64,000 bases of DNA from Patescibacteria group bacterium (GCA_024277435.1 JAJRVJ010000010.1:23663-87662), one strand, 5' to 3'. Counted from the stretch's first letter, positions 34,002 through 43,650 are shown. The notes: generated by a model not told the origin, from the letters alone. Program-made: numbers and translations.

Positions 34002-34412
34002 CTATTCTTTATTAATGGTAAGTTTAATATTAACGGCACCGGCATCTGGAAATACAACCTCAGTTTCGTGATCACCAACAGCTTTAATACCGTCTGCAAC
34101 AATAAGCTTAGGGTCAACAGTAATTGAGTGTTGAGCTGTAAGTGCATTTGCGATATCAGCAGAAGTTACTGCTGCAAATAACTTCCCTTGCTCGTTAGCC
34201 TTTAGAGTAATCTCTACATTCATGCCCGATAGTTTTTTCTTCAATTCTTCTTGCTGCTCCTTCGTTTTAGCCTCAGCAGCTTTAGCGGCATTACGCTTTG
34301 TTTCAGAATTCTTTACCGCTTCCTTTGTAGCTGCTACTGCTAAACTATTTGGAAATAAATAATTTCGCGCATAGCCATCTGCTACGTCTTTTAATTTTCC
34401 TGTATCGTTCAT
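34002..34412 (-). CDS. rplI: 50S ribosomal protein L9
   Basis: KDVADGYARNYLFPNSLAVAATKE. The in-frame upstream codons ATA-AAA-GTA-ATA read IKVI and would complete the canonical MKVI... L9 N-terminus, so the true start may be the non-AUG codon at 34424. Confidence 0.85.
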   Translation of the reverse strand: MNDTGKLKDVADGYARNYLFPNSLAVAATKEAVKNSETKRNAAKAAEAKTKEQQEELKKKLSGMNVEITLKANEQGKLFAAVTSADIANALTAQHSITVDPKLIVADGIKAVGDHETEVVFPDAGAVNIKLTINKE

Positions 34413-34442
34413 TATTACTTTTATATGTGTACTAGTATATCA

Positions 34443-35702
34443 TTAATTAGTAAGATATTCTACCGCTCGATCAAGCTGCGGATCAAGATCGGCTTCATAG
34501 TCCTCCGCTGTCATTACAACTTCGATATCAGGTTGAATTCCCTCTTCATCGATGTTGCGACCATTTGGTGTAAACCAATGTGCTACTGTTACTTTCAAAC
34601 TAGAGTTGTCTTCAAATACCTCATAATCTTGCACGGACCCTTTACCAAAAGATTGTTCACCTATAATTGTAGCTTTGCCATAATCCTGTAATGCTCCAGC
34701 AACAATTTCAGATGCGGACGCACTTCCACGGTTAATCAGCACGGCTACAGGAATGCTATCACCAAATGAGCCAATATTTGAAGTGTAATATGGCCGTGAC
34801 GAACCATCGCTAAATCGCTCACTTACAATAACTCCATCGGAAATAAAGTGTGATGAAATCGTAATACTTTCTTCTAGTAACCCGCCTGGATTATTACGTA
34901 AGTCAACAATTAAACCATCTGGATTATCGCGCAATACCTGATTGGCAATTTCCGCAAAGTCTGCGGAAGCACCTGAATTAAAATGCGATAATGTGATAAC
35001 AGCGATGTTTTTATTATTAGCTGAGGTTGTAGTGTATTCCACGGTAGGAATTTTTATAGTATCTCGTACAATTGGAATGTCTTGTACGTCAGTATCACCT
35101 TCGCGAAAAATAGTTAGCACCACAGTAGTGCCGCGCTCTCCACGAATTAAGTTTACCGCTTCATCGAGCGACATATCATACGTATCAGTTTCGTCGATTG
35201 ATATTACATTATCACCAGCTCGTAATCCGGCCTCTTCCGCTGGAGCATTTGCTAAGGGAGCAATAATTTGTAATTGAGAATCTTCTACACCAATTTCTGC
35301 ACCGATGCCATCAAATTTTCCTGAAATATCTTCATTAAAACGTTCAGCTAACTCTGGTGAAAAATATGTGGTATATGGATCATCCACTGCCGATGTAATA
35401 CCTTCAATAGCTCCGTAGAATAAATCTTTATCATCAACTGGTTGATCAACATGTTTTGTTTTAACAGCATCCCAAACTTCCCAGAATAAATCAAAATCAA
35501 TATCACTACTCAACTCAGTATTTACTGATGACTTTATAATAGTACGTTGCAAATCATCTTTAAATACATTGCTATCTTGTACTACACCAAGCAAATATCC
35601 TCCTGCAAAACTAGCAATGCAAAATATAAGTGCTATGGATATAAATATGGAAAATGGTGCCTTACGTGCTGAATACATACGAAGCACAGTGTACCAATTC
35701 AA
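34443..35702 (-). CDS. ctpA: S41 family C-terminal processing peptidase
   Basis: N-terminal TM. PDZ domain (GLRAGDNVISID). Catalytic region GSASASEIVAGALQD. Confidence 0.88.
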   Translation of the reverse strand: MNWYTVLRMYSARKAPFSIFISIALIFCIASFAGGYLLGVVQDSNVFKDDLQRTIIKSSVNTELSSDIDFDLFWEVWDAVKTKHVDQPVDDKDLFYGAIEGITSAVDDPYTTYFSPELAERFNEDISGKFDGIGAEIGVEDSQLQIIAPLANAPAEEAGLRAGDNVISIDETDTYDMSLDEAVNLIRGERGTTVVLTIFREGDTDVQDIPIVRDTIKIPTVEYTTTSANNKNIAVITLSHFNSGASADFAEIANQVLRDNPDGLIVDLRNNPGGLLEESITISSHFISDGVIVSERFSDGSSRPYYTSNIGSFGDSIPVAVLINRGSASASEIVAGALQDYGKATIIGEQSFGKGSVQDYEVFEDNSSLKVTVAHWFTPNGRNIDEEGIQPDIEVVMTAEDYEADLDPQLDRAVEYLTN

Positions 35703-35731
35703 CCCACTAGGGTCAACCCATAAAAATAGAT

Positions 35732-36994
35732 TTATACTTTAGCACGCTTTATGTTCACACCAATGGATCGTAATCGCTTATCAATCTGCTCATATCCACG
35801 GTCGATTTGGTAAATATTGTTAATCTCAGATGTTCCTTTAGCTATTACGGCAGCAATAACCATAGCTATACCAGCGCGTAAATCTGGACTCTCAACAACT
35901 TTTGCTCGCAATGGAGTACCTCCGTGCACCGTAATGTGTTGCGGTGTATGCATATCTACTTCTGCACCCATACGATTTAGCATGTCAGTGTAAAATAATC
36001 TATTGGAATATATTGTTTCTTCCACTTCACTTTCACCAGGGATTTGCGTAAGTAATACTGTAAGTGGCGACTGACCATCCGTTGGAAATCCTGGGTACTC
36101 ACGAGTTACTACTTTAATTGGCTTCATTGTTTTCCAAGGATGTGTTGTAATACTCGTTTCTTTGATATCCAATTTTGCGCCAGCGTCTTTCAATAATTGA
36201 AGCGGAGTTTCGATGTGCTCTGGATTACATGCAGTAATTGTTAATTTGCTCTTTGCGGCTAATGCCAGATACAGAAACGATAACACCTCAATGCGATCGG
36301 GAATAATCTCACAGACACCAGCAGACAGCCGCTCTACACCCTCAATAACTATTTCATTTGTTCCTGCGCCTTCGATACGCGCTCCTTGCATATTAAGATA
36401 CTCCGCAAGCGCTTGAATCTCTGGCTCTCGGGCAGCATTTACAAGAGTTGTTTTTCCTTTAGCCAGGGTGGCGGCCATCATTAATGTTTCCGTGCATGTT
36501 ACACTTACGGTTGGAAATACAAATCGCGCACCCTTTAAGCCATTGGGTGCTGTAAATATATTAACTCCATTTTTTTCCTCATATTTAGCTCCCATCGCCT
36601 TGTAGCCCGCAATAAATAAATCAATAGGACGTCGGCCAATAGCGCAGCCGCCTGGATGCGGAAATATCACCTTACCAAAACGAGCAAGCATTGGTCCGGT
36701 TAACACAATGGATGCCCGAAGTTTGGGTACAAGCTTTTTAGGTAATTGCCGCTTAGTTATTGTTGAGGTATCAATAACGTACTTATTACGATGGGGGTGC
36801 GATATCGTAACGCCTAAATCTTCAAGTATTTCGGTAATACGAAAAATATCCTCAATTTCAGGTACATTCGTTATTGTCATGGGCTCCTCACTCAAAATAC
36901 TAGCTGCAAATACCTTCAATGCATGGTTTTTTGCACCTGTCACAGCAATTGTGCCATGTACTTTTGTTCCACCTTGTATAATAAATTTAGCCAT
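35732..36994 (-). CDS. murA: UDP-N-acetylglucosamine 1-carboxyvinyltransferase
   Basis: MAKFIIQGGTKVHGTIAVTGAKNHAL. Catalytic Cys in HPGGCAIGRRPID. Confidence 0.93.
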   Translation of the reverse strand: MAKFIIQGGTKVHGTIAVTGAKNHALKVFAASILSEEPMTITNVPEIEDIFRITEILEDLGVTISHPHRNKYVIDTSTITKRQLPKKLVPKLRASIVLTGPMLARFGKVIFPHPGGCAIGRRPIDLFIAGYKAMGAKYEEKNGVNIFTAPNGLKGARFVFPTVSVTCTETLMMAATLAKGKTTLVNAAREPEIQALAEYLNMQGARIEGAGTNEIVIEGVERLSAGVCEIIPDRIEVLSFLYLALAAKSKLTITACNPEHIETPLQLLKDAGAKLDIKETSITTHPWKTMKPIKVVTREYPGFPTDGQSPLTVLLTQIPGESEVEETIYSNRLFYTDMLNRMGAEVDMHTPQHITVHGGTPLRAKVVESPDLRAGIAMVIAAVIAKGTSEINNIYQIDRGYEQIDKRLRSIGVNIKRAKV

Positions 36995-37011
36995 GTACAA
37001 TAGATTCTAGA

Positions 37012-37929
37012 ATGACAAGACAAACCCGTCAAATTTATTTAGTGTGTTTCTTTGTTGCAGCAGCTATTGTGTTGCCGCTGATTTTATTATACAGCTCCGG
37101 ATATCGCATAAATATATCATCATTATCACTTGAACAAACTGGGAGTTTATTTATTAGTAGTCGCCCAAAAGGCGCTGAAGCTATCCTACAACCCATTGAA
37201 CACGCCGAGCTTACTCCTGCAGTTATTCCTGGATTAACGCCCGGAGAATACACCGTTACTATATCTAAAGATTTGTATACATCTTGGAATTCCAGCCTTT
37301 CTATCGAGGCTAAACGATCCATTGTATACAGTGACGTAATGCTATTTTTACTCAATCCAATCAAGGAGCCCCTCTCAACGTACCCTAATAACGACATCGT
37401 TACTTCAGAATATACTGCGGTTAACGCATTGCCTGCCCAAATGCAATATGCGTTATCTGAGTTGCCGTTATCTGATAACTACTTGATTCAGAGCGATGGT
37501 GTTCCGATGGTAACAGTACTTGATAGCGATAATGGGAATTTGTATTTATTGAATGAAACTAATGATTCTATACATATTCAACCACTTGAATCTGAGGTAC
37601 TTGGGTATGCTTGGGAACCAGAGTTAGATATTCTCATGTTTTATACCCCATTTACTATTCAACTATTCAATCCCGATGACGCATCTACGGTTTCATTAAT
37701 ACGTCAAAGTAACACTATTAACGAAGTATTATGGCATCCACAGTCACCCTATATTATCTTTTCCACAGACAAGCAAATCATTGCCATGGAAACTCGTTTA
37801 ACAGATGAACCAAATAGCGCTGTACTATATTCGGGAGAAACTGTTACGAATTTAAAAATCAATGAGGATGGCGAAACCATCTATTTCACAAATTCCGTAG
37901 GTGAAATTATTGGCCTTCAGATTCAATAG
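37012..37929 (+). CDS. membrane-anchored protein with PEGA-like domain, unknown function
   Basis: N-terminal TM. SSRPKGAEAIL resembles a PEGA motif. 305 aa. Confidence 0.45.
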   Translation: MTRQTRQIYLVCFFVAAAIVLPLILLYSSGYRINISSLSLEQTGSLFISSRPKGAEAILQPIEHAELTPAVIPGLTPGEYTVTISKDLYTSWNSSLSIEAKRSIVYSDVMLFLLNPIKEPLSTYPNNDIVTSEYTAVNALPAQMQYALSELPLSDNYLIQSDGVPMVTVLDSDNGNLYLLNETNDSIHIQPLESEVLGYAWEPELDILMFYTPFTIQLFNPDDASTVSLIRQSNTINEVLWHPQSPYIIFSTDKQIIAMETRLTDEPNSAVLYSGETVTNLKINEDGETIYFTNSVGEIIGLQIQ

Positions 37930-38785
37930 TGTGTAGATACTCTTTCACGGCATCTTGCCACGATTGCAGTTGTGGTAATTTTGTATTGATCAAGATGGAG
38001 TACTCTGGTCGCTTAGCTGGTCGCGGAAACTCTTCTGTTGCACAGGGTTGCAGATCAACACTCACATTAGCTTGAGTAAATATTTCTTTAGCAAATTCAT
38101 ACCATGTGCAACTACCTGAGTTTGTGATGTGGTACACACCATACCTCAATTCATCATTCAACATACCTACTGTTTGTTCAGCTAGATCCTTAGTATAGGT
38201 AGGGCTACCATGTTGATCATTTACAACAGATAACTCATCTTTCTCTCGACCCAACTTTAACATGGTAGTAATAAAGTTATTTCCATGTGAGCCAAATAAC
38301 CAAGCCGTTCGAATAATATAATACTTATCCCAATCTCCTTCTTGCGCTACCTCCTGAATCCCCTCTTCTCCAGCGGCTTTAGATTTTCCATAGGCATTTA
38401 CAGGATCCACATCTTTAAATGACTCCTCATAACCATCAGCTTTTTCACCGTTAAAGATGTAATCAGTACTATAATGTATTAGCACTGCATCCACTTCGGC
38501 AGCAGCCTTTGCTAAGTTGGTTGGGCCAACTCCATTAACAGACATAGCAACCGACTGATTCGTCTCACAGTCATCAACGGCAGTATACGCCGCGGCATTA
38601 ATAATAACATCAGGATTTAGTTCGGAAATAAGGGATGTAACAGTATTAGTATCAATAATATCGATATCCTCTTTATCCCAAGCTGTAACATCATATTTTG
38701 AGAAGGCTTCTTGCAGTGTGCTACCAAGCATCCCATGAGCTCCGACTATAAGTATTTTACTGTCGCTGCTCATATTGTTGTTCAT
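37907..38785 (-). CDS. rfbD: dTDP-4-dehydrorhamnose reductase
   Basis: ILIVGAHGMLGS Rossmann. YxxxK. YHITNSGSCTWYEFA. Start set to the internal Met; the ORF track extends to 38875, overlapping rfbB. Confidence 0.85.
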   Translation of the reverse strand: MNNNMSSDSKILIVGAHGMLGSTLQEAFSKYDVTAWDKEDIDIIDTNTVTSLISELNPDVIINAAAYTAVDDCETNQSVAMSVNGVGPTNLAKAAAEVDAVLIHYSTDYIFNGEKADGYEESFKDVDPVNAYGKSKAAGEEGIQEVAQEGDWDKYYIIRTAWLFGSHGNNFITTMLKLGREKDELSVVNDQHGSPTYTKDLAEQTVGMLNDELRYGVYHITNSGSCTWYEFAKEIFTQANVSVDLQPCATEEFPRPAKRPEYSILINTKLPQLQSWQDAVKEYLHTIESEGQ

Positions 38786-39776
38786 AATATTTTTGATAAT
38801 CACCGGAAGTGCAGCGCTTTGCCCATTCACGATGCTCCTTAAACCAATCGATGGTTTTTTGAATACCCTCTTCAAATGTCACACTTGGCTTCCAGCCTAG
38901 TTCTTTCGTTATCTTTGAATAGTCCATGGCATATCGCAAATCATGACCCGGACGATCTTTGACAAACTCGATAAAACTTTCATCACGACCGAGTAATTTC
39001 AATAGTAACTTAGTAACTTCCATGTTATTTTTTTCAGCACCGCCGCCGATACAATAAGTTTCACCAATCTTGCCATCGGTAATAATGCGATCAATCGCTC
39101 GACAATGATCTTCAACGTACAACCAATCACGTACATTAATCCCTTCACCATATACTGGCACCTTCTCACCTTCCAGTAAGTGTGTAATAAATAGTGGTAT
39201 CATCTTTTCTGGGAAGTGCCATGGTCCGTAATTATTCGTACAGTTACTTAATGTAACCGGCAGACCATACGTATCATGGTAAGCGCGTACTAAATGATCG
39301 GAAGCCGCTTTAGAAGCAGAGTATGGACTATGCGGATCATATCGAGTGTTCTCATCAAATTTTGTATCAGAACCTAGTTTAAGCGATCCATATACTTCAT
39401 CCGTAGAAACATGATGAAAGCGCGTTTTGTATTCTAAGGCTGCATTTAATAATACCTGCGTACCAACTGCATTAGTTTGCACAAACACGCCTGGCTCCAT
39501 AATGGAACGATCGACGTGTGATTCGGCAGCAAAATGCACAACAATATCAGCTTCATGCACAAGTGGATTCACCACTTCAGGATCACAAATGTCACCACGT
39601 ACGAACTGATAGTTTGGATTTTTTTCAACCTCAGTTAAATTCTCAAGGTTTCCTGCATAAGTAAGCTTATCAAGATTTACCACGCTATCCTCCGGATGTT
39701 CTCGCAGCCAATAGTGAATAAAATTTGATCCAATAAATCCCGCTCCTCCAGTAACAAGTAATTTCATAATTCTCAT
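38757..39776 (-). CDS. rfbB: dTDP-glucose 4,6-dehydratase
   Basis: LLVTGGAGFIGSNF. YSASKAASDHLVRAY. Extended SDR. Confidence 0.92.
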   Translation of the reverse strand: MRIMKLLVTGGAGFIGSNFIHYWLREHPEDSVVNLDKLTYAGNLENLTEVEKNPNYQFVRGDICDPEVVNPLVHEADIVVHFAAESHVDRSIMEPGVFVQTNAVGTQVLLNAALEYKTRFHHVSTDEVYGSLKLGSDTKFDENTRYDPHSPYSASKAASDHLVRAYHDTYGLPVTLSNCTNNYGPWHFPEKMIPLFITHLLEGEKVPVYGEGINVRDWLYVEDHCRAIDRIITDGKIGETYCIGGGAEKNNMEVTKLLLKLLGRDESFIEFVKDRPGHDLRYAMDYSKITKELGWKPSVTFEEGIQKTIDWFKEHREWAKRCTSGDYQKYYEQQYEQRQ

Positions 39777-40303
39777 TATTTACGTATTGATTCAGACATT
39801 CGCCATGCCGTAATAGACATACCATCGCGAACCGTATTATTGTCTATCATCTCATTAATTTCGTCAACTGATTTTTCATGAACAGTAAGCTGCTCTGTGT
39901 CATCAAGTTCTTGTTGTGTTTTTTGTAAATCACGAGCTATATACACATGGCACACTTCGTCAGACAATCCATTACATGGATAAAATACCCCTACTTTATC
40001 TAACGTTGTAGATTTATAACCAGTTTCTTCTTCAAGTTCTCGAAGTGCTCCTTGCTCGGGTGTCTCACCGTCATCAACTTTACCAGCTGGAAACTCCCAG
40101 CTATCTTGCTGCGTGAGGTAACGAAATTGCTTTGTTAATAGAGCTGTATCTGCGCTAAGCATCGGAATAATAAACACTGTGACTAATCCTCGAATAGCAT
40201 AGTACACACCCGTCTTACTGTTTGGTAATGTATATTCTTCCTTAAAAACCGAATACCATTTATTTTCAAGAACAGATTCCTTACTTAACTGTTCAAATGC
40301 CAT
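39776..40303 (-). CDS. NUDIX hydrolase
   Basis: Nudix box GKVDDGETPEQGALRELEEETGY. Confidence 0.85.
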   Translation of the reverse strand: MAFEQLSKESVLENKWYSVFKEEYTLPNSKTGVYYAIRGLVTVFIIPMLSADTALLTKQFRYLTQQDSWEFPAGKVDDGETPEQGALRELEEETGYKSTTLDKVGVFYPCNGLSDEVCHVYIARDLQKTQQELDDTEQLTVHEKSVDEINEMIDNNTVRDGMSITAWRMSESIRK

Positions 40304-40306
40304 GAA

Positions 40307-40861
40307 TTAACCCTTTATCAATTCCCAAATATCAGCACCGAAGATATCCCATGGTAAACGTTTTTCATCTGTAGTATCCGGCTCTGGATCGAATTGATTA
40401 TTTACGAAATAGATAATCGCTGCTTGCGTATCCCATAAATTGGCAGCACCATGCGCAACTCCGCGCGGAATATACACCAAGCGAGCCTTTCCAGCGCCAA
40501 GTACCATGCGCATCATTTTTCCTGCGGTTGGCGAATCTTTACGACAATCTCGAAGAATTACCAACATTTTATGAGATGGTGGAATGAACCAAATATCTTC
40601 TTGCTGATAGTGTAAATGCCAAGCCTTTACTACTCCAGGATCCATCTGCGAATAGTTCATTTGTTGCAGATCAAACTCTGGAAACTCCTGCATGGTCTCA
40701 CCTTTAAAACGGCTCATTTCTAAAAAATACCCGCCATCATCTGTAAAATAGCGAAGCTCTTTAATTTCCACTCCTTCAATAACTGTTTGGCCCGTATAAT
40801 CTTGAACACTTACTTCCGATTGTACGTCTGCTTGGATATCATCTGGTGTTAGCACTTTCAT
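40307..40861 (-). CDS. rfbC: dTDP-4-dehydrorhamnose 3,5-epimerase (RmlC-like cupin)
   Basis: KAWHLHYQQEDIWFIPP...LVYIPRGVAHGAANL matches the RmlC active-site region. Confidence 0.8.
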   Translation of the reverse strand: MKVLTPDDIQADVQSEVSVQDYTGQTVIEGVEIKELRYFTDDGGYFLEMSRFKGETMQEFPEFDLQQMNYSQMDPGVVKAWHLHYQQEDIWFIPPSHKMLVILRDCRKDSPTAGKMMRMVLGAGKARLVYIPRGVAHGAANLWDTQAAIIYFVNNQFDPEPDTTDEKRLPWDIFGADIWELIKG

Positions 40862-40882
40862 TATTATAAAATATCATTAATA

Positions 40883-41125
40883 TTATTTTGAATAAATTGT
40901 GAGTATTTCATCAATCATTGTCTTGCGTTTTTCTTCGCTGTCATCTGGAAACATCAATTCAATCATCTGCATAACTAGTTCTTTTTTATCAGCTGCAGAC
41001 TCATTAACATTAGTAGATAACATCTCCATTAACCCATCAAGACTCTCTAGATCCTCTTTTGAAAATGTTTTTTCTAATTCACTATCTTTTATGTGCTTCA
41101 TATATATATTATTTTTCGTCTTCAA
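40883..41125 (-). CDS. small acidic alpha-helical protein, paralog of the 15915..16214 product; overlaps the 3' end of the GGDEF gene
   Basis: 80 aa. Shared motifs with the 99-aa protein (EDLxSxD...LM, DDxEK...EE(E/K)R.T.I.EIL.Y). 17-nt overlap with the upstream gene. Confidence 0.5.
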   Translation of the reverse strand: MKTKNNIYMKHIKDSELEKTFSKEDLESLDGLMEMLSTNVNESAADKKELVMQMIELMFPDDSEEKRKTMIDEILTIYSK

Positions 41126-42650
41126 AATGAATTCTTAGTATTGCCTCAATCATCCTAGCATGTTTTTCTCCTCCAGCACCAGGAAGCATGAGAGGGATCA
41201 TTTTAGCTACCATTCCAGCCACTGCAAGATGATCTTTTTTAAATTGTACTTCTCCACCTTCAGGCATCTCACTCGCCCGCCGAGATTCACTCTCACCATC
41301 CCGTGATTCAGCCGCATCAACCGATACTCTAAATTGATTCAATACCTCTCTACTCGCTAAATAATCTGCCATGACATCAACAATTGGATCAATCACAGAC
41401 AAATCCTCTCCTGGAAATACCCTGCTCAAACCTTTCTTCGCCATGTATTTATAGTAATTAAAATCCCTGGGCGCCTTAGGTAGGGTTTCTGAAAATTGTG
41501 TTATTACCGATGTGCCAGGATGACTAGATGATAAATGTTTTGAGTGTATAGCAGCTTTATCACCATTTATCATCTCATGCTCTAATACGGGTGCGTCATG
41601 AGCCTCCTCTTTGTACAATAATGTAAATCCTATACTCGCAGTCATTGGTTTACCATCACTTCTTTTAACGGATTCAATGGCTTGTTGAAGCTTAAATAAA
41701 ATGCGCTTCACCTGAGGCGGAACATTCATGTCTACGTCATTAGAAATGATTGCCTGATCAATTGAATCGCCTGGTTTTGTCTCGGCGGTTAAATCAATAT
41801 CATTGATGATAAAAAACAACTCATCTCCTCCCGGACGCCCTTTAATATCAATGCCACGCAATGCGCCCTCAAGGGCCATTGCCATCGGGGTGAGAATATC
41901 TCGGTCTACTCCAGCGTGCCCTTCTGGATGACGCTCATTTTCCAACTTAAAATCATTTAAATCGATAACCACAACCATCATGCAGCGGTTATCCGGTCCA
42001 TGTTCTAACCTCTTTACCTCTACCTCATGTAATTTTTGAGCGTAGGCCAAGCTTCTTACAAAGCCCGTTAAGCTATCGGTGGCAGCCCGCCGTTCAAATT
42101 CTTTCCTTAGCAACAACTTGGCTTGATGTTCGGCTTTTGCTCTATAAAATGCATAGTGATCGATCTCACTCCTCATACTCTCTACTCCCTCCAAGCGTAT
42201 AGCTACCTCCTGTCGAATTTCTTCCACCTTAAGACAAATAACCTGATGCAACCTAATGTCAGATTCAACTATTAATTCCCTTTCCGGTACCATGGCATAT
42301 GCCTCCATACTCTTCCAATCAGCCTCACTCATTTCATGGCGCTTCAAAGCTTCGCTTAGTAAGCGATCATGAGCAGCTCGCTTACCACCATGCATAACGC
42401 GATCTTCTAACTCAGCTTTGATTTCAGCAGCCCGATCGGAAATTGTAAATTCACCACTGGTAAGAGTGCGATCTTCAAGAACATCTGATAATTCTGATAT
42501 TGTAGGATCCGAAGCCTGCGGATCATCAATAATAGCTTGAATACGTTCTGAGCTCGTAGTCATCTCTTCACTAACGCCTACAGCTCGTGACTCAACGCCT
42601 GGTTTTTGTGTCGGTTCTCCCCTCTTACCACTAGCGGGCTTCTTAGCCAT
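41109..42650 (-). CDS. GGDEF-domain protein (diguanylate cyclase-like, GGDEL variant with RxxD I-site), N-terminal coiled coil, C-terminal extension of about 170 aa
   Basis: DSLTGFVRSL...IDLNDFKLENERHPEGHAGVDRDIL...RGIDIKGRPGGDELFFII aligns with the GGDEF fold (D.LTGL, DxFK, GHxxGD, RxxD + 5 + GG[DE]EF). More GC-rich than its neighbours. Confidence 0.75.
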   Translation of the reverse strand: MAKKPASGKRGEPTQKPGVESRAVGVSEEMTTSSERIQAIIDDPQASDPTISELSDVLEDRTLTSGEFTISDRAAEIKAELEDRVMHGGKRAAHDRLLSEALKRHEMSEADWKSMEAYAMVPERELIVESDIRLHQVICLKVEEIRQEVAIRLEGVESMRSEIDHYAFYRAKAEHQAKLLLRKEFERRAATDSLTGFVRSLAYAQKLHEVEVKRLEHGPDNRCMMVVVIDLNDFKLENERHPEGHAGVDRDILTPMAMALEGALRGIDIKGRPGGDELFFIINDIDLTAETKPGDSIDQAIISNDVDMNVPPQVKRILFKLQQAIESVKRSDGKPMTASIGFTLLYKEEAHDAPVLEHEMINGDKAAIHSKHLSSSHPGTSVITQFSETLPKAPRDFNYYKYMAKKGLSRVFPGEDLSVIDPIVDVMADYLASREVLNQFRVSVDAAESRDGESESRRASEMPEGGEVQFKKDHLAVAGMVAKMIPLMLPGAGGEKHARMIEAILRIHFEDEK

Positions 42651-42659
42651 AAATTTTGA

Positions 42660-43394
42660 TTATGATTTATTCTTTTTGGTATGTTGAGCCACCCACTCAC
42701 GGCGCCACTCCGTTGCCTTGAATAAGCTTTCAAATGTACCGGCATCAATCCACTTACCTTCAATAGTAGATGCGGTTAACGCACCTTTTTCTAAATAGAC
42801 ATTATTAAGATCGGTAATTTCTAATTCACCACGATCGGACGCACCCAGTGTGCGAATTAAATCAAATACATGTTCGTCGTATACATAAACGCCAGTTTGA
42901 GCATAATTACTTTTTGGTTTACTCGGTTTCTCCTCAATACTCAATACATGTCCACGCTCATCCATTTCCACTACTCCGAACCGCTCTGGATCATGAACTT
43001 CTTTTACAAAAATCCTTGCGCCTGAAGCAAAGTCTTCAAAGTCCTTTTTAAAATTATGCTCATACAGATTATCGCCTAATATCATTACACAACTATCATC
43101 ACCAACAAATGTTTCTGCCAAGGCCAAGCCTTGAGCTAATCCACCTGGCTCATCTTGAATTTCATACGTAAATTTGGCGCCAAAATCCTTACCAGAACCT
43201 AAAAACATCAAAAAATCACCCGCATGGTCTGGCGCAGTAATAATTAAGATGTCTGTAATACCACCATCTAATAATGTTTTTAGGGGATAGTAGATCATTG
43301 GCTGATCATAGATTGGGAGCAACTGCTTACTAGTTACTCGAGTTAATGGGGATAAACGAGTTCCGCTACCACCAGCTAAAATAATACCTTTCAT
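42660..43394 (-). CDS. rfbA: glucose-1-phosphate thymidylyltransferase (short sugar-1-P nucleotidyltransferase)
   Basis: MKGIILAGGSGTRLSPLTRVTSKQLLPIYDQPMIYYPL. Same operon as rfbB, rfbC and rfbD. Confidence 0.85.
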   Translation of the reverse strand: MKGIILAGGSGTRLSPLTRVTSKQLLPIYDQPMIYYPLKTLLDGGITDILIITAPDHAGDFLMFLGSGKDFGAKFTYEIQDEPGGLAQGLALAETFVGDDSCVMILGDNLYEHNFKKDFEDFASGARIFVKEVHDPERFGVVEMDERGHVLSIEEKPSKPKSNYAQTGVYVYDEHVFDLIRTLGASDRGELEITDLNNVYLEKGALTASTIEGKWIDAGTFESLFKATEWRREWVAQHTKKNKS

Positions 43395-43413
43395 AAAACC
43401 AACCTTATCATAC

Positions 43414-43650
43414 TTATATTGGTCTGTCTACGTCTTTTTTTACCACTTTACGCTGAATTATTGCAATGCCAATAACTATAATGCTACCCCAACCAATAAG
43501 ATTGATTGGAACAATCGCTGTCACAAAACCATCTAATATGATGTTGATAATAACCAATGTAAAATATACTACCGTACCCCAGACAGCGAGATCAGAAACA
43601 CATTTTTGAATTAATAGTTTACTAGCTTTTTTCATATGCTTAATTACCAA
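43414..43650 (-). CDS. small membrane protein (2 TM)
   Basis: 78-aa hydrophobic ORF between the 503-aa gene and rfbA. Confidence 0.4.
   Translation of the reverse strand: MVIKHMKKASKLLIQKCVSDLAVWGTVVYFTLVIINIILDGFVTAIVPINLIGWGSIIVIGIAIIQRKVVKKDVDRPI

Noticed and set aside
42578-42763. 61-aa minus-strand ORF spanning the rfbA/GGDEF junction.
   Set aside because: It overlaps the 5' end of the GGDEF gene and the 3' end of rfbA in another frame. It has no support and is probably spurious.
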